Shown here in pieces: positions 39,261 to 48,319 of a DNA stretch of 64,000 bases. How positions within the stretch are numbered: position 1 is the first letter of the stretch; each line of letters opens with the position of its first letter. Source of the stretch: Alkalispirochaeta sp. (GTDB lineage: Bacteria > Spirochaetota > Spirochaetia > DSM-27196 > Alkalispirochaetaceae); the NCBI GenBank assembly GCA_965601925.1, contig OZ271854.1, positions 4,032,001 to 4,096,000 of the forward strand, read 5' to 3'. The translations under genes and the position numbers were made by a program. The notes beneath the pieces were generated by a model, which was given only the letters and a program-made list of their open reading frames with translations, searched no databases and was not told the origin of the DNA.

Positions 39261-39319
39261 TTTACAGCGCATCACGGTCGTGCTATGCTCACCTATAGTT
39301 ACTTTCAGAAAGAAAAAAA
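39261..39319 (+). promoter_or_regulatory. sigma70 promoter plus operator-like motif copy 5
   Basis: TTTACA(39261)-17 bp-TATGCT(39284); TAGTTACTTTCAGAAAGAAAAAAA (39296-39319). Confidence 0.75.
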
Positions 39320-39328
39320 GGAGCTCAT

Positions 39329-40168
39329 ATGACTTCCGACCATCTACGGGAGCTGCAACGCAAAGCTATCGAAATACGCCGTCTTACCGTCGACGAGATC
39401 GCCTACCTCGGTGTGGGCCATTTGGGCGGCTCCATGTCCGTCGTGGAGATTCTTACCCTGCTCTACTACCATCACATGACGGTGGACCCGTCGCGTCCTG
39501 CAGACCCAAATCGCGATAAGTTCGTCATGTCAAAAGGACACGCCGGGCCGGCGCTCTATTCCATACTGGCCGACAAAGGGTTTTTTCCTACCGAAATGCT
39601 TCATACGCTCAATCAAGGCGGAACCAATCTCCCCAGCCACTGCGATATGAATCGCACACCGGGAATCGACATGACCACCGGCTCCCTCGGTCAGGGGCTC
39701 TCCGCCGCCGTCGGTATCGCGTTGGGGCACCGTCTACAGAACCTTCCGGGCCGCGTATTCGCCCTTATCGGAGACGGCGATACGAACGAGGGACAGACGT
39801 GGGAGGCGGCAATGTCGGCGGCAATGTACGGCCTATCCAACCTCGTCGCCTTCACCGACTATAACAAGATGCAGATCGACGGCACCGCCGACGCAATCAT
39901 GAACACCGATCGTCTGGCGGATCGTTGGACGAGTTTCGGGTGGTACACGCAACAGGTCGACGGTCACGACTTCGGCGCACTCGACGATGCGATGGAGCGA
40001 GCGCTCCGAGAGGACTCGCGTCCCTCGATGATTATCGCCGACACGATCAAAGGAAAAGGCGTGCCTTTTGCCGAAGGGGATTTCAAAAACCACAATATGC
40101 CGGTCACCCAGGAGCAGGCGCAACAAGCCTACGAGAGCCTGGCACGAGAAGAGGAGGCCCTCGCATGA
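39329..40168 (+). CDS. Transketolase N-terminal subunit (candidate sulfofructose transketolase, SqwG-like)
   Basis: GHLGGSMS, RDKFVMSKGH, TGSLGQG, GDGDTNEG ThDP motif, TIKGKG. Confidence 0.92.
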   Translation: MTSDHLRELQRKAIEIRRLTVDEIAYLGVGHLGGSMSVVEILTLLYYHHMTVDPSRPADPNRDKFVMSKGHAGPALYSILADKGFFPTEMLHTLNQGGTNLPSHCDMNRTPGIDMTTGSLGQGLSAAVGIALGHRLQNLPGRVFALIGDGDTNEGQTWEAAMSAAMYGLSNLVAFTDYNKMQIDGTADAIMNTDRLADRWTSFGWYTQQVDGHDFGALDDAMERALREDSRPSMIIADTIKGKGVPFAEGDFKNHNMPVTQEQAQQAYESLAREEEALA

Positions 40169-41151
40169 ATTATGCAATAGAACGAGCATCGGAGGTCGAT
40201 GCGACGGAGATGCGCGCAGTGTACGGTGAGTGTCTCGCACGACTCGCCGAGGAGGACGAGCGCATCGTAGTGCTCGACGCCGATCTCATGCGCGCCAACG
40301 GCACCTTCGGCTTCAAGGATCGTTTTCCCGGTCGCTGGATCGATGTGGGAGTCGCCGAGGCCAATATGGTGGGAATCTCCGCCGGACTCTCCACAACGGG
40401 GCTCATTCCCTTTCCGGCGACCTTCACTTGCTTTGCCGCGCGACGCACCTTCGACCAGTTCTTCGTTTCGGCGAACTACGCTCGTCAAAACGTAAAGCTT
40501 ACCGGGAGCGATCCCGGTGTCGCCGCGGCGTTCAACGGCGGTACCCACATGTCCTTCGAGGACGTCGGGCTCATGCGCACCATCCCCGGAATAACGATCT
40601 GCGAGCCGTCGGACCCGGTCAGTTTGACCAAACTGCTGCGACAGCTCGCCTATCGTCAGGGCTCCAGTTACCTCAGGCTCCATCGCAAGGCGATCGCTCC
40701 TATCTATGCCGAGTCGGAGACCTTTGAACTCGGCAAAGGAAAACAGCTCGTCGACGGCTGCGACCTCGCGATTATCGCCTCGGGCGCCATCTGCGTCGCC
40801 GAGGCTCTGGCGGCGGCCGAACGGTTGGAAGCCGAAGGGGTTTCTGCAGCGGTGGTGGACATGCATACCATCAAACCGATCGATGAGGATCTCGTTACCG
40901 AGCTCGCGCACCGTACCGGCGCCGTCCTTACCGTGGAGAACCATCAGGTTCGAAACGGGCTCGGCAGTGCCGTCGCGGAGGTATTGACGGACAACCATCC
41001 GGTTCCTCAACGCCGCATCGGCATTCAAGACGAGTTCGGGGAGGTCGGAACGCAGGACTATCTTCAGAAGCGGTTCGGTCTCACGGCGGACAACATCATG
41101 AACGAAGCGCGTCGTCTGTTGGAGCGCAAGCGAAGTCCGGTCCACGCGTAA
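40165..41151 (+). CDS. Transketolase C-terminal subunit (SqwH-like)
   Basis: LDADL, DVGVAEANM, GGTHMSFED, HTIKPID, VENH; ATGA overlap with the upstream gene. Confidence 0.92.
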   Translation: MNYAIERASEVDATEMRAVYGECLARLAEEDERIVVLDADLMRANGTFGFKDRFPGRWIDVGVAEANMVGISAGLSTTGLIPFPATFTCFAARRTFDQFFVSANYARQNVKLTGSDPGVAAAFNGGTHMSFEDVGLMRTIPGITICEPSDPVSLTKLLRQLAYRQGSSYLRLHRKAIAPIYAESETFELGKGKQLVDGCDLAIIASGAICVAEALAAAERLEAEGVSAAVVDMHTIKPIDEDLVTELAHRTGAVLTVENHQVRNGLGSAVAEVLTDNHPVPQRRIGIQDEFGEVGTQDYLQKRFGLTADNIMNEARRLLERKRSPVHA

Positions 41152-41285
41152 CACAGAGGCGAGACCGCGTTATACCGCCGGTCGCAAGAGATCGGCGAGC
41201 CGCCCCCACGGAGAGGTCCTCCATACGGACCGGAGCGTGTGCCGGGATGCGGCGTCGAGATGAAACACGCATACAGGAGACAATT

Positions 41286-41771
41286 ATGGCAGCGAAAAAG
41301 ACGATAGCGATCGCAAGTGATAAGTCGGGATATCCCCTCAAAGAGGCGGTCGTCGAATACCTCAAGGAACGCGACGATATCGAAGTCTTGGATTTCGGTC
41401 TGGCGGACCCCGGGGAGAATCAACCGTACGACGCCCAAGCGCCCAAAGTCGCCCAGGCGATTCAATCGGGCAAGGCCGAGCGCGGCGTACTGGTGTGCGG
41501 CACCGGCCAAGGGATGGCGATCGTGGCCAACAAGCACAAGGGAATCTACGCCGTCGTCGCCGATACGGCGTTCGCCGCGGCAAAAGGGCGTGTCATCAAC
41601 AATGCAAACGTCGTCACCATGGGCGGATGGATTACGGCTCCGCGTCTCGGCGTGGAGATCGTCGAGTCGTGGTTGAACCTCGAGTTCACCGAGACGATGG
41701 AGGATCGCGCCGAGTGGCTCAAGTCCGCGGTCGATAGAGTACGGAAACTCGAAGAGGAGAACTTCGCGTGA
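41286..41771 (+). CDS. RpiB/LacA/LacB family isomerase, non-canonical (candidate sulfoerythrose isomerase, SqwI-like)
   Basis: CGTGQGMAIVANKHKGI and NNANV; the usual SDHxG is SDKSG, the HN His is replaced, and the RHxRR motif is absent. Confidence 0.85.
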   Translation: MAAKKTIAIASDKSGYPLKEAVVEYLKERDDIEVLDFGLADPGENQPYDAQAPKVAQAIQSGKAERGVLVCGTGQGMAIVANKHKGIYAVVADTAFAAAKGRVINNANVVTMGGWITAPRLGVEIVESWLNLEFTETMEDRAEWLKSAVDRVRKLEEENFA

Positions 41772-43183
41772 GCCCCGACGCCGATGCCGGCTTTGTGGCT
41801 CAATACGTTGCACGCGCCCGCGCCGCACAAGCGCACATCGCCGACTATACCCAGGAGCAAATAGACGACGTCTGTTTGTCGGTGGGCTGGGAGGTCTACA
41901 ACGACGAGAATATCGCCCTACTCGCCAAGCGCGCCGTCGAAGTGACCGAGATGGGAAACGTTCCCGACAAGATCACCAAACACAAGGTGAAGGTCATGGG
42001 AGTGCTCAACGATATTCGTGACGCCAAGACGGTAGGACTCATCGAGCGCGACGAGCGTCGCGGCATCTCGAAGTACGCCAAACCGGTCGGCGTCGTCGGC
42101 GCTCTTCTCCCGGTGACCAACCCCACGGCGACCCCTGCGAGTAACGGCCTGGGCATTCTCAAGGGACGCAATGCGGTCATCTTTGCGCCCCACCCCCGTG
42201 GTGCGGCGGCGAGCAAACTTGCGATCGAATATATGCGCAAGGGGCTCAGACGCGTCGGAGCACCCGAGGATTTGGTACAGATCATTGAGGAGCCGTCGAT
42301 TCCACGAACCAACGAGTTAATGAAGCAGGTCGATCTGGTAGTGGCGACCGGCGGCGGCGCGATGGTCAAAGCGGCATACTCTTCGGGCACCCCCTCCTAC
42401 GGCGTCGGTCCGGGAAACTCGGTCCAGATCATCGCCGAGGACGCCGACGTCGCCGACGCGGTGGCCAAGATTGCCCTCAGCAAGGCGTTCGACCACGCGA
42501 CGAGTTGCTCGAGTGAGAACAGCGTCATCATCCACGAGTCGCTGTACGACGAGGCGTTGACGCTCTTTCGGAGAAAGGAGCACAGCTACCTCGTTACCGG
42601 CGGCGAGCGCGAGAAGCTCAAAGGATGGATGTGGCGGCCCAACAAAAAGGGCGTCGTCGGCCTGAATCCTGCGATTATCGCCCGTAGCGCCGCAACCATC
42701 GCCGAAGGAGCGGGACTCACCGTACCGCAGGACACGCGCGTACTCCTCGTTGAGGGTACCATGCCGCTGGAGGACGACCGGTTCGCCGACGAAAAGCTCT
42801 CTCCCGTCCTTACGCTCTACCGATACGGCACGTTTGAAGAGGCGGTCGATATCCTTACTCGTCTTACCGATAACGCGGGGACGGGCCACTCCTGCGGAAT
42901 CCACACCCACAAGCGGGAATACATCGAGGCACTGGGAGAGCGAATGCGTACCAGTCGTATTATGGTACGCCAGGCGCAGGCTCCCGCCAACGGCGGCAAC
43001 TTCTTCAACGGAATGCCGAGCACGGTAACGCTTGGGTGCGGGACGTGGGGCGGCAACATCACTACGGAGAACATCCATTGGAAGCACTTCATCAACGTCA
43101 CGTGGGTGAGCGAGCCGTTCGAGCCGGTGCGCCCCACCGACGATGAGATATGGGGCCGCTTCTGGTCGCGCTACGAGAAGTAG
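41768..43183 (+). CDS. CoA-acylating aldehyde dehydrogenase, SauS/SqwD-type (sulfoacetaldehyde dehydrogenase)
   Basis: KPVGVV..PVTNP, ATGG, GVGPGN, EKLSPVL, LGCGTWGGN; catalytic motif KAFDHATSCSSENS matches the SauS-type ATSCSSENS rather than AdhE-type GMICASEQ. Confidence 0.85.
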   Translation: MSPDADAGFVAQYVARARAAQAHIADYTQEQIDDVCLSVGWEVYNDENIALLAKRAVEVTEMGNVPDKITKHKVKVMGVLNDIRDAKTVGLIERDERRGISKYAKPVGVVGALLPVTNPTATPASNGLGILKGRNAVIFAPHPRGAAASKLAIEYMRKGLRRVGAPEDLVQIIEEPSIPRTNELMKQVDLVVATGGGAMVKAAYSSGTPSYGVGPGNSVQIIAEDADVADAVAKIALSKAFDHATSCSSENSVIIHESLYDEALTLFRRKEHSYLVTGGEREKLKGWMWRPNKKGVVGLNPAIIARSAATIAEGAGLTVPQDTRVLLVEGTMPLEDDRFADEKLSPVLTLYRYGTFEEAVDILTRLTDNAGTGHSCGIHTHKREYIEALGERMRTSRIMVRQAQAPANGGNFFNGMPSTVTLGCGTWGGNITTENIHWKHFINVTWVSEPFEPVRPTDDEIWGRFWSRYEK

Positions 43184-43226
43184 CGCACCGCACCGCTGCA
43201 AGAACCAAGGCGAAGAAGGAGCCACC

Positions 43227-44396
43227 GTGAGACTACTGGAGTACCAGGGCAAAGAGGCCTTTAGGGAATCGGGCATACCGACGCCCGATTCGCGGCTCGT
43301 CCCCGTCGACGGACCGGTCGGAGACGCCGTTAGACGCGCCGTAGAGGAGCTGCAACACGCTTCCCCAAACGTCGGACGCGTGGTCGTCAAGGCGCAAATC
43401 AATATGGGCGGGCGCGGAAAAGCGGGGCTCATCCGTGTCGCCGAGAGCGCACAGGAGGCGGCACAGGCGGCTGAGCAGATCGTATCGGCGGGTTACACCG
43501 TCCCCGCGCTCCTCGTCGAGCGCGCCGTGGAGTATGACCGAGAGCTCTATCTCTCGGTCACGACCGATCCGGAACGCGCTCGATTCGTCGTCCTCGCGTG
43601 CGCCGAGGGCGGGATTGAGATCGAAGAGTTGGCGGCCGACCGCCCCGAGGCGATCAAGCGCGTCGAGGTCGACCCCTTTCGGGGGTTGCAGGCGTACGGC
43701 GCGCGCGGCCTCGCCTACGATCTGGGACTCTCGACCGACGCGGTAAAAGCGTTCTCTCGTATCGTGGAATCCTTGTATGCGCTCTTTCGCGAACGAGACG
43801 CCGAGCTCGCCGAGATCAATCCGCTTTTCGTCACCACGTCGGGCGAGCTGGTCGCGGGAGACGCCAAGCTTATCATCGACGACAACAGCCTCTATCGCCA
43901 ACAGCGCTATACGATCAGCCGTGAGCAGTTCGACTCCGACGCCGCGTTCGAGGCGGCCGGTGAAGGCATACCGTACGTCCAATTCGACGGCGATATCTCG
44001 CTCATGTGCGCCGGCGCGGGACTTACGACTACCGTCTTCGATCTGGTGAACATGGCAGGCGGTTCGGTCGCCAACTATCTCGAGTTCGGTGGTCCCAACT
44101 ATCGCAAGGCCGAGCGGGCGATGGAGCTCTGTCTCAAGAACCGCAGCAAAGTCATTCTTATTGTGACGTTCGGGACGATCGCCCGCGCCGACGTCATGGC
44201 CGAGGGCGTTGCCGACGCGATCGCTCGCCTGGCGCCCGACCGTCCGATTGTAGCGTGTATTCGCGGCACCAACGAGGAGGCCGCCGAGAAGACGCTGCGC
44301 GAGGCGGGGTTGGAGCCGCTGTCCGACACCGAGGAGGCGGTCCGTCGGGCGATACATCTCGCCCAAACCGTGGATATGAAGGAGGCGCGCCGATGA
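43227..44396 (+). CDS. ADP-forming acyl-CoA ligase beta subunit, divergent SucC-like (candidate sulfoacetate-CoA ligase, SqwK-like)
   Basis: LLEYQGKE, VKAQ..GGRGKAG, EINPL, DAK; substrate motifs differ from SucC (CAGAGL, NYLEFGG, FGTIARAD). Confidence 0.85.
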   Translation: MRLLEYQGKEAFRESGIPTPDSRLVPVDGPVGDAVRRAVEELQHASPNVGRVVVKAQINMGGRGKAGLIRVAESAQEAAQAAEQIVSAGYTVPALLVERAVEYDRELYLSVTTDPERARFVVLACAEGGIEIEELAADRPEAIKRVEVDPFRGLQAYGARGLAYDLGLSTDAVKAFSRIVESLYALFRERDAELAEINPLFVTTSGELVAGDAKLIIDDNSLYRQQRYTISREQFDSDAAFEAAGEGIPYVQFDGDISLMCAGAGLTTTVFDLVNMAGGSVANYLEFGGPNYRKAERAMELCLKNRSKVILIVTFGTIARADVMAEGVADAIARLAPDRPIVACIRGTNEEAAEKTLREAGLEPLSDTEEAVRRAIHLAQTVDMKEARR

Positions 44397-45289
44397 GCAT
44401 CTTCGTCGATCGAACGACGCGCGTCGTCGTGCAGGGCATCACCGGAAGCGAAGGAAGTTTCTGGACCAAGCATATGCTCGATATGGGAACCCGGGTAGTC
44501 GCGGGGGTAACACCGGGCAAGGAGGGTCGGACGGTCCACGACGTGCCGGTCTACCATAGTGTGCGACGTTCGCTCGATTCTCACGAGGCCGACGCGGCGA
44601 TGCTCTTCGTACCGCCGAGATTCACCAAGGACGCCGTCTTCGAGACGCTGGAAGCGGGAATACGGAACGTGGTGACGATCGCCGACGGGATTCCCCTTCA
44701 CGACCAAATCGAAATCCGCGCCGCTTCTCGCGACGTCGGAGCGACCGTCGTCGGCGGTAACACCTCGGGGGTCATCTCTCCGGGACGCTCGATGCTGGGC
44801 ATCTTTCCGTATTGGATCGAGCGGGTGTACAAGCCGGGCACAATCGGCGTCATGACGAGATCGGGTTCTCTCACCAACGAGGTGACGGCGATGGTCGTGC
44901 GCGAGGGCTTCGGTGTATCGACGCTTATCGGCGTCGGCGGCGATCCGGTACCGGGTGCACGGTTCGCCGAGTTTCTCGATGCGTTCGAGGCGGACGCGGA
45001 GACCGAAGGAGTCGTGATCGTCGGCGAGTTGGGCGGCACGATGGAAGAAGAGGTCGCCGAGGCTATTCGCGCGAGACGCTTTACCAAGCCGCTGGTCGCC
45101 TTTATCGGTGGACGCACCGCGCCTCCCGGAACGCGCATGGGACACGCCGGCGCAATTGCGACCGGGGGTACCGGCACGGTTAAGGCCAAGATTTCAGCTC
45201 TGGAGGCGGTCGGCGCTCGCGTTGCCGAGCGACCGAGTCGGGTCGGCACACTCCTGGCCGCCGCTCTGCGAGAACGGGGCGCTCGATGA
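44393..45289 (+). CDS. ADP-forming acyl-CoA ligase alpha subunit, divergent SucD-like (SqwL-like)
   Basis: VQGITG, GVTPGK, FVPP, GGDP, GELGG, phospho-His RMGHAGAI; GNTSG replaces PNCPG. Confidence 0.87.
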   Translation: MSIFVDRTTRVVVQGITGSEGSFWTKHMLDMGTRVVAGVTPGKEGRTVHDVPVYHSVRRSLDSHEADAAMLFVPPRFTKDAVFETLEAGIRNVVTIADGIPLHDQIEIRAASRDVGATVVGGNTSGVISPGRSMLGIFPYWIERVYKPGTIGVMTRSGSLTNEVTAMVVREGFGVSTLIGVGGDPVPGARFAEFLDAFEADAETEGVVIVGELGGTMEEEVAEAIRARRFTKPLVAFIGGRTAPPGTRMGHAGAIATGGTGTVKAKISALEAVGARVAERPSRVGTLLAAALRERGAR

Positions 45290-46785
45290 ACGCCGTTACA
45301 CCGGACGCACCGCGTACGCCTCCGTCCGCTCTCAAACGGGAGATGAGTGTTGCGACGCGGTGGTTTATCCTTGCGTCCGCTTTCGTACTCGCCCTCCTCG
45401 CCCGTGTCGCGCCGCTCCCCGAGACGGTCCGAACGATCAACGGGACGCTTCTGAGCGTCGACGGTCAGGCCGCATTGGGCGTGCTCCTGTTTGCCCTTGT
45501 CCTATGGATGACCGAGGCGATACCGTTTCATATCACCGGCCTCCTCGGCATCTTTCTACTCGCCCTGTTTCGAGTGGAACAGTTCGGTGCTATCGTTTCA
45601 CTGGGATTCGGGAATCACATTTTCGTCTTTTTTATCGGCGTCCTGGTGCTCTCGAGCTTCATTACCCGAAGCGGACTGGGGAATCGAATCTCGATGTTTC
45701 TGCTGAGCCGTACGGGAAACTCCACGGCGATGATCATTTTCGGCTTCCTCTCCGTCGGTATGATCCTCTCCATGTGGATTACCAATACGGCGGTTGCGGC
45801 GATGCTCATGCCCCTCGCATCATCGATTCTCCGAGACGAGGGCGTGCGTCCCATGGAGAGTAAGTTCGGCAAGGCGCTCATGATCGCCTGCGCGTGGGGG
45901 CCGATCATCGGCGGGATCATGGCGCCGTCGGGAGCGGGACCGAATCCGCTCGCGATCGGTTTTCTGCGCCAGATGGCCGGCGTCGAGCTCACCTTTCTCG
46001 GATGGATGGCCTACGGAGTGCCGGCGGGCCTCTTGATCCTCCTCCCGACGTGGGGCGTCCTAATGCTCTTTTTCAGGCCCGAGATCACCCATCTGAAAAA
46101 GAGCCGTCAAGAGCTCAAACGGGAGTACGAAGCGCTGCCGAAGATGGGACGGGAGGAGCGCGTTACCCTCGTCATTTTCGTGCTTACCGTCTTTCTCTGG
46201 CTGAGCACGCCGCTGTGGGAGCGAATCCTTGGAATCGGGATACCGATCTCGATGCCGGTTCTCTTCACTGCGGCGATCTTCTTCTTTCCCGGGGTCGGCG
46301 CCACGAAGTGGAAGACGGTGGAAGAGGAGATCAGCTGGAGCAGCATACTCCTCATCGTCGCCGGAATATCTCTCGGATTGGTGCTCTACCGCACCGGCGC
46401 GGCCGAATGGTTGGCGACGCTCTTCTTGGGCGGCGTCGGAGGTCTTTCACCCTTCCCCATGGTGCTTCTCGTGGTGCTCGCGGTGAGCTTTCTCAAGATC
46501 TTTCTTTCGAGCAACACCGTTACGGCGACGATTATCATCCCGATTATGATCACCCTTTCGACGGCTCTGGGGGTCGATACGCTCTCGATCACCATACCGG
46601 CGGCGCTCACCACGAGTATGGCGTTCATCCTCGTAACGAGCACACCGACGAACGTCATTCCGTATAGCGCGGGCTACTTCTCGATTCGCGATATGGCCGT
46701 TAGTGGAACGGTGATGACCCTCGTTGCGTCGCCGATCGTCGCGGGAACGATCTTTCTGGTGGGGCGATTCACCGGGTTGTATTGA
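45286..46785 (+). CDS. DASS/SLC13 family anion transporter
   Basis: WMTEAIP, SMWITNTA, SGAGPN, SSNTVT, TPTNVI. Confidence 0.9.
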   Translation: MNAVTPDAPRTPPSALKREMSVATRWFILASAFVLALLARVAPLPETVRTINGTLLSVDGQAALGVLLFALVLWMTEAIPFHITGLLGIFLLALFRVEQFGAIVSLGFGNHIFVFFIGVLVLSSFITRSGLGNRISMFLLSRTGNSTAMIIFGFLSVGMILSMWITNTAVAAMLMPLASSILRDEGVRPMESKFGKALMIACAWGPIIGGIMAPSGAGPNPLAIGFLRQMAGVELTFLGWMAYGVPAGLLILLPTWGVLMLFFRPEITHLKKSRQELKREYEALPKMGREERVTLVIFVLTVFLWLSTPLWERILGIGIPISMPVLFTAAIFFFPGVGATKWKTVEEEISWSSILLIVAGISLGLVLYRTGAAEWLATLFLGGVGGLSPFPMVLLVVLAVSFLKIFLSSNTVTATIIIPIMITLSTALGVDTLSITIPAALTTSMAFILVTSTPTNVIPYSAGYFSIRDMAVSGTVMTLVASPIVAGTIFLVGRFTGLY

Positions 46786-46801
46786 ACGAGACCGCGGCTC
46801 G

Positions 46802-47542
46802 ATGGATCACGCCGTTACGTTGGTCGCGATCTACGCCGTCGCCGGCGTGGTGCACGGGGTCGTAGGGTTCGGCTTCGCACTTCTCTCCGTTCCGGTGGTG
46901 GCGATGCTCTTCGATCCCCCAACGGCGGTGGCGTTGAATGCCGTCGTCGGAACGGCGAATTGCGGGTACAAAGCGTGGCTCCTGCGCTCCGAGATAACGC
47001 CGCGGAGCGTGTTTTCGTTTTTCGCCGTCGCGCTCCTCGGCATACCGGTGGGTGTGTTCGCGCTCGCGGCCCTTCCCCGCGAGGCGGCCCTCACGGCAAT
47101 CGGCGCGTTCGTGATCGCAGTGGCCGTCGGCAATCTGCGCCATCGCGACGGTATGCGTGCGGCGATGCGCTCCCCGATGAGTTTCTGGGTTCTGGCCGGA
47201 CTCGCAGGCGTGCTCTCCGGCGCATTCGGCGCCCCGGGACCGGCCGCAATACCGTATTTTGTCTCCCGAGACGATGATCCGCTGGTAGGATCGGCGAATG
47301 CGCAACTCTTTTTTACCCTGGCGGCCGGTCCGGTTCTCGCCTTCCATATCGCCCGCGGCACCATGTCCGTACCGCTGTTGATCAGGGCGGTATCGTGTCT
47401 GCCGGTCGTATTCGTCGCCGCACTCGCCGGCACACACATTTCGCGCCGCGCTCCCGAGCACCTCCTGCGTACGATAGTCGACTACGCGCTCATCGTCTTT
47501 GGGGCGTGGTTAGTGGTGGAGAACGGCGTTCTCCGACGGTAA
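46802..47542 (+). CDS. TauE/SafE family sulfite/organosulfonate exporter
   Basis: AGVVHGVVGFGFALLSVP, GIPVG, AGVLSGAFGAPGP; about 8 TM helices. Confidence 0.85.
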   Translation: MDHAVTLVAIYAVAGVVHGVVGFGFALLSVPVVAMLFDPPTAVALNAVVGTANCGYKAWLLRSEITPRSVFSFFAVALLGIPVGVFALAALPREAALTAIGAFVIAVAVGNLRHRDGMRAAMRSPMSFWVLAGLAGVLSGAFGAPGPAAIPYFVSRDDDPLVGSANAQLFFTLAAGPVLAFHIARGTMSVPLLIRAVSCLPVVFVAALAGTHISRRAPEHLLRTIVDYALIVFGAWLVVENGVLRR

Positions 47543-47614
47543 TCGTCGGCGATCGGCACGCCTTGCATCGCATCGCCGCAATACGCCACAGTACTGCCCG
47601 AAAGGAGTTGCGCC

Positions 47615-48319
47615 GTGAAAAAACGTTGCGTCGCCGTTCGTCACATCTTTTTTGAAGACCTGGGCGCCTTCGCACAGCCTATCCGAGACGCAGGCTACGA
47701 TATCACGTATCTCGACGCCGTGACGGACGACCTTTCACCGGCCGGCGACGCCGATCTGGCCGTCTTCCTCGGCGGGCCGATCGGCGTGTACGAGGAGGAG
47801 AGCTATCCGTTCATCACCACCGAAATCGGCATTGCGTCGCGCCGCCTCGAGGGACGCAAAGCGACGTTGGGCATATGCCTCGGGGCGCAGGTCGTCGCCC
47901 GAGCCGCCGGAGCGCATGTGTACCCCGGCGGACGCGGAAAAGAGATCGGATGGGAGCCGATCAGCCTGACCGAAGAGGGCCGACGCGGAATCACCGCACC
48001 GCTCGAGACGGACGGCGGGTGGATGTTTCATTGGCACGGCGACACGTTCGATCTCCCGGCCGGCGCGAGTCTCCTCGCATCCACCGAGCGCTATCCCAAT
48101 CAGGCGTACGCGATCGGCGACAACGTACTTGCCTTTCAGTTTCATCCCGAGGTGGAGCCGAGGCGAATCGAACACTGGCTCGTCGGGCACGCGGTCGAAA
48201 TCGCCCACTCCGACGAGGGCGACGTCGCGACGATTCGCGCCGCCACGCGGCGTTACGGACCGGATTTGGTGCGTCGAGGGAGCGCAACGATCAGCGCGTG
48301 GCTGGCGAGGCTATACTGA
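47615..48319 (+). CDS. Class I glutamine amidotransferase-like protein
   Basis: FEDLG, LGGPIG, LGICLGAQ, WHGD, QFHPE triad. Confidence 0.9.
   Translation: MKKRCVAVRHIFFEDLGAFAQPIRDAGYDITYLDAVTDDLSPAGDADLAVFLGGPIGVYEEESYPFITTEIGIASRRLEGRKATLGICLGAQVVARAAGAHVYPGGRGKEIGWEPISLTEEGRRGITAPLETDGGWMFHWHGDTFDLPAGASLLASTERYPNQAYAIGDNVLAFQFHPEVEPRRIEHWLVGHAVEIAHSDEGDVATIRAATRRYGPDLVRRGSATISAWLARLY

Noticed and set aside
43227..45289. Housekeeping sucC/sucD
   Set aside because: Succinate-site motifs are altered and the genes follow a SauS-type dehydrogenase, not TCA genes, so symbols were withheld.
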